Source: Lingula anatina
Lineage: Eukaryota > Animalia > Brachiopoda
Assembly (NCBI GenBank): GCA_051362555.1
Contig: CM120641.1
Coordinates: forward strand, 6,076,001 to 6,140,000
Length of the DNA stretch: 64,000 nucleotides
Reading direction: 5' to 3'
The notes under the pieces were generated by a model, which made no database searches, was not told the origin of the DNA, and was given only the letters and a program-made list of their open reading frames with translations. Below, piece by piece: positions 14,901 to 27,460 of the stretch (position 1 is its first letter; each line of letters starts with the position of its first letter). Position numbers and translations under genes: made by a program.

Positions 14901-17900
14901 ATACTTTCTAACCAATAGGAAGGCCTAAATTGATGGTAATAAGGCTAAATGGCAAGAAATATGCAGTCAGCAGGTCCAAAAGTAATGATATTGGGGCATT
15001 TGGGATTTATAACACTCTAAATATTTTATACTCAAAAAATGGAATAGCAAATTCATTTCTAAGTGTATTTTCTGGCCAGACCTCATGGACTGCATCTCTC
15101 ACCTGAATTTCAGGCAAATTTTCAGCGCTCAGTGTCAGAACTTGTTTCTCCTCTTTAGCCAAAGTTGTTTGACTACTGGTGAAACTTGATTCATCAATTA
15201 CTACTGCCACATAGAGGCTGGCTTCTGCTGTTAATTGAGCATGTGTTGCAGCAATATAATAACTGAAATTTGAAGTTTTAAAGAAAATAAGACGTTTATT
15301 TGAATTGAGATAACTAGTCTGTAAAAATGGATTTCATTACTCATTTTAACATTTTAAAACATGAAAAAAGATAAGCTGTAAGTTTCAATATATTAAAAAG
15401 ACTCTTGAAGGCATAATAAGCTGATTTATAGTCTTCTTCAAGGAGAGAAATATAAAGCTGACAATGATAATTGTATTTTACTGCATTTCAACTAAATATG
15501 TATTTGTATTGTTAACACATGCATTTAGCAAAATCTTCATAGGCAATCCAGCATAATAATCATAATTATTATTATTATTTATCCCAAATAACTGGTGTAT
15601 TTGTACTTATCAAATCTGACACTATTGTTGCCTAAAAAATTATATCAATTGAAAAAAAAAACAAATTTCCATAATATAATTCTATACCAATAACACATCA
15701 GCTCTAAAAAAATGTGTAAAAAACTGTCTAAACTTACGGTTTCCCTGCCTGTAGGGTAAATGTCTGTGACATCTGGGTCCCATAGGTTGTAAAGTAGGAT
15801 GTTGTAGCCCTAGACAGCATTGCAATCTCAAACTGCAAAACAACATATTACCAGATTAAAAAGGAGTCTCAATAAGCATTTCTAATTATAGAGAACTGAT
15901 TCTATTCAAAAGAGAAGACCTCAGCACTTTGGTCAAGTAATACATTTTTCATATTTTGAAATTGCACAACAAATATTAATGTTTACTGAATTCAATGTTA
16001 CTTGTCATATTACACAGCAAACATAATGAATCTAGATATTTTTTTAATGTTCAGAATAATGAGGCAGTCAATAATTTATCATTATTTTCAGTTATTTGAT
16101 CATAAGACATACTGCATCATCGGGGTTATCAGTGAGGCTGAAGAAAAGCACTGCGTAGTCATCACCCTTCAGGTAAAATCTGTAAGTTGTATTCTTTGGT
16201 GGCACAAAATATCCTTGCATACGAGTTGTGAAATATGTGCCATTGTCTTCCTCAAAGTAAAATTCATCTAGCCAAAAAGTTTTGTCTGGGGTAGTGGTAC
16301 GATTGATGATCTCTCTTACAGCTGTTAAATCATTGTTGGGAACACCACTGTTCCAGCGTTCAAGATAAATACCACGGTTACCTAAGTATGGTAATGACCA
16401 AAACAATAACACTTATTATAACACAAAGCATCAAATAAAACTAAAAAAACATGATTCTAGGTATACTAAATAAAGCTTTAATCATACCTATCAATTTGAA
16501 ATAAACAATGGCACAATAAATTCTACTGTTTAAGGATTGCACATGATAATTAATAAGTTCATTCATTTTTTTTTTCTTCACTTTTGCATTATATCTGCCT
16601 GCAAATATTCACAAATGTCATAATTTAGAGAGGTGAAACATTCACCGATACTATATGAATCTGTATAACTTGAAATATGGTTCTAAACAGGAGAAAAGTT
16701 ACAAACCAGCATATGCATTCTTTATAACTTCAGGTTCAGGAGGTGTCTTGCACATAAGGCCTTTGTCTTCAAAAATTACTGCTGCACAGGGTATACCTAA
16801 ATACGAATAAATTCATTACAAAATGTTGCAAGCACAATAATAATCCTATTTTTTTCTTTTTGGAAAAGTCTACAAATGAAAGATGCAGCTTGTCTTTTTT
16901 GCTGTGCCATGTAACTCTTACATATATTATTATGAATATGGGCATTGATGTAAACACAGCTTGTCTATATATTTCAGTATTATACTCTCTGACCCCCTCA
17001 AAAGAAAACATTTTATGACTGAATGATCATTTTCAAAATCAACTGCCTCTCACAAATAACCTCTAAAATTAGTAAAAAAACTTCTTGACAACAGCTACCG
17101 ATACTTACCCCCAACCTTTACTTTAGGAGGGGGATAGCTGGAATCATTCTTCAAAGCAGTGCCATTGACTCTCAGGTGTGTCTGACCCTCAGTACTGCCA
17201 ATGTTATGTGAGGTGCTGGCTATATCTGCAAAGAAAAGAGTCATGAGCTGAAAGATATTTTCCGGTTAACTTTACTTTTTGAACTAGACATTTTTGCATC
17301 AAAAAATAAATAAATAAATTGAAGCCAGAACACATTATCGTATAAACTGCTGTCCCCTAAAGTTCATTTTGGGTGAAAATGGGTTGTTTTATCTGTAGAA
17401 AAATACCATAAGATATAGTGGCCTTCTTGTGTTCAACAGTTTACATTAAGCAAAGAGACAAATCTATGAAATGTAGCAACTAACAAAAATCAATCTATTT
17501 AAGGCTACTGTCTCCAAAGTTGGTCGATACAAGTCAGACTTATCTATTATACTTTATTTGATCCTTCTATCAGTTCTACACAACGAATTTTTCCAGCTAC
17601 TAATATATCAAAAAATAAAATCAATAAGTTATAATCTACTAGCTGTAAACTTCTATTCATATTTTTTGGACCTTTTATTCCATACTAATCACTAAGCTCA
17701 CTCTTAAAAGCACACTCATTTATTTAGCCTCACACTCTGTTAGCCAAACCCTGTTAATTCTTCTACTTATTTTAGCAATTTGGGAGAAAAACAGCATGGT
17801 AGGCTGAGCACAGGTGTGCTTTTCAAATACAGTTTTAACGCAAAACTAAAGAGTATTCCCAGAGCAAAGAGTTCTGCAATGGAAAAAGACAATGAAAGCT

Positions 17901-20900
17901 CTTTATAGCTTACCAGGATATGTCTGGATGACATACAGGTTGTCTGTACTGGACACACGTATCAGACGCAGGTCTGTGAGAGAGCTGAATTGATTAAAAA
18001 GTAAATATAAATAAATATTTGATCTATAAATGAGTTGCTAAAAAATAACTTAGACACTTCAGCGCTTTCAAACAGAGGCTAATAAAGATCAGTTCTCCTT
18101 ATTTGACCAATAAAGAGGAGGACAAGAAAGGGGTAGACAGGAGAAAAAAAAAATTATTTTTGATCCCTAACAACAGCCCTAGTATTTTAATTTACAAAAT
18201 TACTGCCTTTGAATAAAATAACATGCTCTTGTCAAAAAAAAAGTTTTATTTGAAATTCAATATTTGAAAATTGAAATCAGGATGCCTCACCTTCCATAAC
18301 CACCTTCAATCAAGTATGTTATATTCAGATCACCTGTAAAAGAAAGAAATAAAATATACCTGACAAAAATACTTAAATAAACGCTGTGATTTTGTAACTA
18401 CTTAACTATAGGGAGGCAATGTAAAACTTCAGTGGTCATGTACATGAATACAGAAAATTGAGGAATATCAACATTTAGAAGGTCTATCTTGTTTCTTTAC
18501 AAGTTGAAAAACTATAGTATAATGGCTGGTTAAAGAAGTTATCGAAAATATCAGATAACTCTCACCACTGGAAAATAACCCATAAATACCCAATAACCCA
18601 AACAGCTTTGCCCTTGATAGAGGTCAAACATTCACTTTACTGGCATATCAAGTAACACAAAACTATATGTCATCAACTACCAGAAAAACTGAAATAGTGT
18701 GCAAACATGTCTCGCTTCAGATCATTTTTAAAGGCTTTCACCTTCAAAATAAACCATGAAATGCGGGACTTCAATTGTCAAAAACAGCATTATAATCAAC
18801 TTTGTAATTCCAGTGCGATTGAAATACAGCCATAATATTTCTTTTCTGGTAAGTCTTTCCAATTCATTGTTCTTCTTTTCAATCAAGAAATGCACACGTT
18901 GGTCAAAAGCAGAACAACTGTTATTCTTTACTTACATGTGACAAACGCTTCATAGTTAACACCAGATCACTTACCTACATAAGAACCTGTAATTTCACAC
19001 CAGAAGAAACCTTCACCCTCTATAGTCGTAAGCTTAACACCATACCTTGAAAAAACAAAATTTTTACTGAATCAGAATTGTTTTCTTATCAACAATCATA
19101 TCTTGAAAAGTTAGCTCCTATACCCCTACAAAGAGGTTTACCTTTCTTTTCTATAAGACTTTATTACCCATAATGTTATGTGAGAAAGAAATCATGTGTT
19201 CATTTTAACTGGAAAGGGCTTATATCATAAATGAAGTGAGTAAAAGTCATGAAGGAAAGACCAACCCTTTTTTCTGGCAACATTTTGGAAGGACTCTAAA
19301 TACTTATTTGAAAATATAGGTTTTTATCATGCTTTGTAGTATGGGTTCTCTATCCCTTTTTCTAGTAAAAAAATACACGGACAAAAAACTCTATTTTTTA
19401 TAAGTTAGATAATTAAATATATTTCTTTCAAAAGAAGCATATAAATTACTTTTGAAGTGTAGTTCTATTCACTAGTTCACATCTTCTCCCAGAACTCAAC
19501 TTGACACTGAAAGAAATAAAATTCAGTTTTTTTAAGATTCATTGCAGCACTTGATCAGTGTACACTGCAAATTCAATACCTATTTTTCAAAAGATACCAA
19601 CTAGTCTAGCTTTGGTTAGGTTTACACAATCGTAAAAACAGTAATGGATGCCTTTATACTTCAAAAGGAAGAACAGTTGAGAAAAGAACACAATTATAAT
19701 GTGTTATTCATTCTTACTGTCTCAGCTGTTCCAGTCTTCCCCCCAGGGTGCTGTCAATCATGTCGCTTCCATAGCGATCTGATATGATAAAACCTTCTGC
19801 TCGGATAAGTGATCCTGGAAAAAGAAAATTAGTATACATCTGTCAATTTTGTTTACTGGTTTGGCAGGAAGAAAAAAAATGCAGCAATTAAAGAAAAATA
19901 AATCAACATATTGGTTTTTGCAGGTCAATTCAGCAGTAATACATATTCATTGTTTCAATTTAAATTTTATAATTCTTTGAACTGTAATAAAAAAAAATGA
20001 TATGTATATATCTACAACATGGTAAAATAAAGTAGTAATGAAAATTGTCCATTAATCCCATCAAAGAAGATAATTGGCCTTACCAGGAATTGCTGACTGA
20101 TTAATTTTTCTGATAGTGGGCGTGTAGACACTGCTTAACTATAAATAAAAGGTACAAAATTAAGGTTAATTCCACATGGAATTTGGTACCATCTTTCATT
20201 TATGTATTAAACCATTTATTAAAACATTTTGTCAATTTGTTATTCATAAACATGAAATAATTCATTTGATCTATGTATAAAAATAATTAACTTAAATTGG
20301 TTGTTTGCACACTCCTCCTGACTTTCTGAGTCAGACGTAAATAGTGTTTTACAGAGGATTTTAGTTCAGCACTATCTTTACAAAAGAAAATCAAACAGAG
20401 TTTGAAATCTGTTCTTACAGTGATTTGGCAGTCTGCTAGGCGAGGACAGAGAGCAGCTTTTTCACCACAGGATGTTACACTGATAGTGTAACTTCCCTCT
20501 GGCAATACGCTTGTTCCCCTAGATAAATACAAAATGTGGTTAGGTATGTAAATATGCATATATATTTTGGTTTCAAAGGAGAGAATATTTGCATAAACTT
20601 CTTTAGTCATGCCGAGTTCAGAAGTTCACTGTTAAGGCCAGAAACTGCAGGCTTTTTAAATCTCACATTTCTAATTTTATGGATGGAACTATAACAGCTG
20701 ATACTGGTATTTTCGTTCGAAGTTTGTATTCTGCACATTGGGAACATTCACAGACATGCAAGAGCAAATCGCATGCATAAGATTTCTAAGACCTTGATAT
20801 CCATGATTATACCCCAGTATGACCAGATAACCCTAATATTTAACTAGAGATTTAAAACTATGTTGCCTTCTGGTTTACTGGTTTACACAAGTTTCCAGTT

Positions 20901-23900
20901 TGAATGAAACTTATGAAGTTCAAACTAAGCTAGAAAAAAAGACTTGAAAGTGTACTTATAAGAGAATATAGCATAACACAACATTTTAAATCCAAAAGCC
21001 AGTGACAATGAATGCAAAAACCATCTTTTTTTATGTATTATAAACTACCATAAATATCTTATTGTTATTTTCGTCACCTTTCAGTTGGCAGGACATGTTA
21101 TATATTAATGGAAAAGGATGGGCGTGTGAATATGGAGTCTACTTGAATTCATCACTTAGGGTCCTAAATGTACAGGTATATTATCACATCTTTGGACAAT
21201 CAAGGGGGCACAGGCAGTGACAATGTCTTCCCCTTATCTATATTATTTTCCAATCAAACATGTCAAGGGAAACAAGGCTGAACATTCCTTTTGCCCTTCC
21301 AACATCCTGGTGGACTACTGGATTCTCCAGCAAAAAAAAAACCAATAAATAAGACAAAAACGTGTTAGGTGATTTATACACCTGAAAACACCCTTCACTG
21401 TTCAACAGCCATACAACAATGATTTATAGCCCCACTCCACAGGACATAAAAAATAACAAAAGGAATACTGATCTGAACTCTACATGTCGTAATCCATCCT
21501 TTCATTGCAAATGCCATAACAAAACATGTTTTATGTTTGCATGACAAAAACCAAATTTACCATGGAGACATTGTAAACAGAGCCAAAAAATCTTATCCAC
21601 AACCTTGGTGATTCCTCTAATGGTTACTGTTAAAAATGTACAAAAAATAACAATGGCTTGCATGACAGAAACAAGAAAACATCACAAAAACAAGTGTCAT
21701 CTTTAAGAAAGATCTAGAAATGCAGGTAGTAAGAATTGAATGTAATGGTATTCAGTCAGCAAAATTGGTGATCTGCACCCTTACTTCATTGCAACCTTAG
21801 GCCTGCCAATCATAAATCAGTTAGCTACTGTGTGAACTACACAATCAAGAGCACTTTTTAAACTGGAGAAAAACTGATTTGCAAAAAAAAAAAAAATGAC
21901 AATCAAGCCACTAGAGCATTAGCAATAAATTAAAATCTAAATGCTGTCTGTAGTCCCCTTCTCTACTCACACTTAACACTCCATGTAAATCTACAGTACA
22001 CACGCAGAAGACTCAGTTGACTTCTCAAAATATATAATGCTGTGTATAAACTAAGTAAAAATGTGACTTTGTGCTTAAATTTTCTGCACTGGGTCAACCT
22101 ACAGTGAGTGCAGTATATACTGATCATCAATCTTTAAATAATTTACTCACACATAATCCACCACTAAATCTTCTTCATGGCTGGCTTCAGCATCAATCCT
22201 AAGTGGGTAATCGATACCATTCTCTCCAACAAGTTTCACCTCATTTTGGTTAGTGTATACATCACAGAAATCTAAAAAAAAAACAGTTAATATAAATGTT
22301 TTAAACGCCATTATGGGGGACCTTATTAGTAAAATAGTATAATTAATCTATCCATTACATAATCCATTATAAAAATATATACATAAGATTTGAAAAATTT
22401 CTTCACAGAATGCAACTTAATCCAAATTTATTGGGGGCGTCTCGATAGTCAAAAGGTTCATTGGTCCCAAAAATGGTAATTTTTTCATCAGTTTTTTACT
22501 CAAGGTTATATGGTGAACATTCGGACCAATGAACCTTCGGACTATTGCAACGGTCCCAATGTAGCTGCCAAGTTGTAAACCCATCCTTAACTAATCGTTG
22601 TCATTATAAAGAGATTAACATGGTTCAAGGAAAGGTTACCAATAAATCTATTATTACTACAGGTTATATTAGGTAGACCATTGATCTGCTTACTTTTCCC
22701 ATACACATTGAATCTTGTTCCTCCCACAACACTGCCAGTAGATGGGAGGACATTGGTAATACTTGCTCCTACAGCTTCTGTGGCTGGAAAACCGAAAAAA
22801 AAACAAAAAAACATGTGAATGAAAAATTAAGGGCACCAAGGTAAAATACCAAAAATACACAGAAAAATCTTTTGTACTGGATTTAGTTTAATATTTGTAA
22901 CATGTAAATTTTAATCTACGTATGTGCGGGCTTTCTGTACTGTACTTTATGTGCTCCTATGTACTCCTACTTTTGCATATTTTCTAATTCGTACAAAATT
23001 AAAAGCAGAAAACATATAAAGCAGTGCTAGAGTTTCAAAACCTGAAATGAATAAGTTTGATCTAATTTTAAGTTCTAACTGTCCTAAGCCTTGCCTGGTA
23101 CTACTGGCAGTGGTACACAATACATGTACGTTTTGAAAATTTGACGATTTTTCTTTGGTTTCACGGGCTTAAATTGAAAACACAGGCAGTCATACTCGCC
23201 GGACATACTGCCATTTCTTTCACATCTAGTTACTCTTGTACACCCAAATGGCACATTTCGCATTTACTTGAGGTTAGGTAGTAAATTTGCAAGGTTTTGC
23301 TGATGCTGTACCGTAACACGCGTGTGCTCTTGCCCTACTTTTTCGCGCAAATTTCTGCGTTGAAACCGAGGTCAACACCAGGAGCGAGGCATGTTGATGA
23401 AGGGGCGTGAAACCAGTTAGTAGGCCTACATGTAGCTACACAGGTTTTTAGGGGTTTGCTGTACATAAATATGACCTCTCGTAACCCAAATATGGGTATT
23501 TAAAAGCATGAGGTCTGTCGTTGTTCGTAACTGCTGCGTACAGCTTGGACCCTTGATAGATGTACGCTAGCTCAGACCTTGACCAAAAAGTCTCTGCACT
23601 CTGTATATCAGGACCAGTGGGCCACATTGATGAGCAAAACGGGCAGTGATAATAAACTAAGAACCTATGTTAAATTTAAGAAGGAATTTGTGTGTGAAAA
23701 TTACACCCACATGGCCCCAAAAAATATTACGGCTAACTTCTGCAAATTACGTGTGAGCGCCCACAACCTCTCTATTGAACGGGGCAGGTACTGCAAGCCA
23801 AAAATCCCCGCAGAGTTAAGATTGTGCAAACTTTGTGATTCCAATAAAGTAGAAGATGAGTTCCACCTCCTGCTAGAGTGTAAAGCGTATGACTCACTAC

Positions 23901-26900
23901 GTGATTCCTTCAGAGGGCAGCTGTCAGATTTCCTACCCCTGGGCGACCTCAGCAATAATAAACTGTTTAATCTTCTTATGGGTGCCCAAGACATAGACAT
24001 TCTTAGAATGGTTATGTGTTTTGTAAATAGATGCTTAAAACAAAGAGAACAGGCCCTCTATTAATGCATTGTACTCTCTCCAATGTACTCATTCTAATTC
24101 ATCACCTTCATGTATAGATTGCCATCATACATGTACATTCCTTATATAACTTATTATAAAGTAACTTATTGATATTATGCTACATGTAAACATTGAAATC
24201 ATGTATATTTATTTATATACCTGTTTGTACTGTTGTAGTTAGATGTAATTGTCTTTGTCTTTGATTGTACCTTATTTGTAAAGGTGTATCAATAAATAAT
24301 CTTCATGTACGAAATTTTAATTAAAAGACGTTTAAAAGGAGGAAAAGGGAGGGGATCACCGAATGGTTTTGTGAACCGACCATTATGAATTTTACTTAAA
24401 TTAAAAATTTAACTGAATTTCGGCGCATTGATTTTAATCAACGAACTAGCTCAGCCCTGTTGGCCCGCTTATTCAAAGGTCTCCCATCCGACTCAACCTT
24501 TCAATTCACGTGCACAGAGTTCTAACATAACACACCGATATCAAATCCAAATCAAAAGTGCTTTTATTATCTATACATTACACACACACTATATATATGT
24601 ACACATTTTTATCTAAGTGGAATCAATATGCGTTCAACAGTGCCTTAACCAAGGAGTTACGACAGTTGTAACTCCTTGCCTTTACTGATAGAAATATTAA
24701 TTGCTGTACAACATGGCCTATTAACAGGTGAGAGTGTCCACTTATCAGAGTTAGACCCTACCTACATAGGGAGTGATAACAATCTATTTCAAGACAGGAG
24801 CAAGCGGAATGATAAAATGTTGGCGAAAAATCAGCTCGGTATGATGGGTATGAATACAGAATGTGAGAGAGAGATTTCCACAATGATCTAGCTACGTGTA
24901 GGCCTACCATGTATGTAGCCGCGTAGCGTAAGGTATAGGCTACATGCATTAAACAGCGACTACCAGTCCCACAAAAAATTTAATCCAAAAAGAAAGACAA
25001 ATTATGTGCTTTAGGCTGTAAATATTTTGCACTTACTGTTGGTAAAAAGTAAAGTTAACTACAGGTGATTGCCCAGAAAACGGATGTAACAATTTAGGGC
25101 CTACAGTGCTTTGAACAAGGCGCATCTTCACTTTATATTTGTTAATTTTATTCATTGTTTTTGTTTTATTTTCTTTTATCTTAATAAAAAGCAATGCATG
25201 CATTAAAAATGTTACGAGGTCTACAGGCATACGTTCATGCATGTCCTCATTTTGAGTGTCAAAGTACATTAACTAACTTATCAGCAGAAATCGATTTGGT
25301 GGACGACCTGTGAAAGCCCCCTGTAGCGCAAATTTTACGTGTTGGGACCACCGCTCGATGACGCGAAAACGGTCTACGTGACATTGTTTTTATAACGAAA
25401 TTTATCGTACCCTGGGAAAACATCAGTCCTACATTATGACATTCGGGCATTGATTAAAATGTTGTGGCTCCATCGTACCATTAAACAAATAGCTCAGAAT
25501 ATAGCTAAAGAATTTTAAAAAAATAAGCATCCACTACTGCAAACAATAAAGTCAGAAACCGACCCATTCCGACACCCATGCCTATTCTTGAATTTTTTTC
25601 TTTTCAAACTACAAGTATTATTGTGATTTACTTTTAATGGGCAAAAAAACTTTTTGTTGTAAAGCTTTATGAGCCCTTAATCCTGTGGTCGAAAATAGTA
25701 ATTAACAAATATTTGAGGGGTCTTAAAACCTTGGAGAAAGGGGGAAAGGACTAAGCGACTTGTCGAGGGATGGAATAATAAACAATACGTCACGGGAAGG
25801 GGAATACATGGGAAGGTCGCCGTTCGAGGACGAAAGGACATTGTCATTTTAAAAAGGATCAATAACAAGTTGGCGATAAATATTTGCATTTCCTCAGCGA
25901 CTTGTTAAGTAAAGCAGAATTGATTTGCTGAGACTTTTTACTGTCGAAAAATCGTCGCACGTAGTATGATAACAATACAATGGTCCGTATTTTGGGCAGA
26001 CCCAACCCTACGTGGGAGAGTCGTTTTACCAAACCAGTTGCTAACAACATGTTTTCAGAGTTTGGGCTATCTCATATAATTTTAGATAAATACGCAAAAT
26101 ATCGAATATCGTCTACACTACGAGTAAGTCAACAAAAGTTCGTGACAAACACAAATGGATTTCGGACGACGTTCAAAACGTAAAAAATGTCCTTTGTAAT
26201 TATGAGCTGGATATCATTTTCCTCGACGTCAAAAGTATGAAATCGCAAGAGTTGTGTACAACTTGTCAACATGCTTGCTGATTAACCCTAGAGTGTTTAC
26301 TTGTCTTCTTTTTTTCCGGAATTATGAATTTTTAGGATGATTAATGAGGACCCTTATCCTCGTTTGAGGTAAGAGATGGGGGTAGGGTAAGAAATGAAAA
26401 GAATGAAATTGAAATTGAAAATCTAAAGCACCGCTTAGGCGCAATGACAACTGAGCTGACAGCTAATGATAAAATTTCTCATATCTAACTTTTGTACCAT
26501 AGTACAGTTAACAACATAAAATGACATTTTTGCATCTCGGGGTAATAGATCCAAAACACATAATTTCATATCACACCAGCCGTGATAGATAGCACTGGAT
26601 AATCCGTTTAGTAATGGATTATTCCTTGATAGACTGACTTTCAAATTCAATTTGACAAAACTAATTTATATTGCAAGGAAAACACATACATCAAACTTTT
26701 TCGCAGAAAAAAAGTATTTTCAACCTTTCTACGCAAATATGGTTCTTAGCAATATCAATTAAATATACGAATCTCTGTACTTAGACTTATCTTCACTGGT
26801 GACTTACGGTAGAATTGTTTAAGGCGAAATTCTATTTGCGCAAGAATTTATTATAGAAAATATTCAGACGTTAGACTGAGTATACGACGAGATTAATAAG

Positions 26901-26971
26901 TTTAAAAAAGTCCCTAAAACCCATGTTGTGTTGGACTTGCAACCGTCTGGAGAACGGATTTGGTCCATTTT

Positions 26972-27018
<47 letters not shown>

Positions 27019-27415
27019 AAAGAGAAAGTTTCAAAATTAAACAGCTTCGTCTCGGCATGGTCTCGAGACTTTTCTTCCCACTGGACCCAGTGTAGTCCTC
27101 TAGGGCTGAACTCTAATTATTTTATTTTGCCGATTATCCAAGGTATGAAGAAAAGACATCATACTATCTACCATTTCTCCTGCTAGTACTGAGCCCAACC
27201 CAGTTCTTCTGCCCATTTCATTATTCTACATAGGGAGTGCATCAAAAAAAATTTTTTTTTTTTTGTTATAATGAAGCTCCTCTGTTGGTGAAGATACATG
27301 TACTACACTGTACCTATAAGAAAGACCAAAGATAAGAGCTCATTGAAATATTCGTTGACTTAGTTTGAATCATTAACACTTAGGAACGCGGGTTGGGCCC
27401 AAAACACATAGAATT

Positions 27416-27460
<45 letters not shown>

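Noticed and set aside
25677-25889. Hydrophobic-start ORF MQIFIANLLLILF as PKHD1L1 signal exon
   Set aside because: No suitable phase-1 donor. The 29101-29161 exon fits far better.
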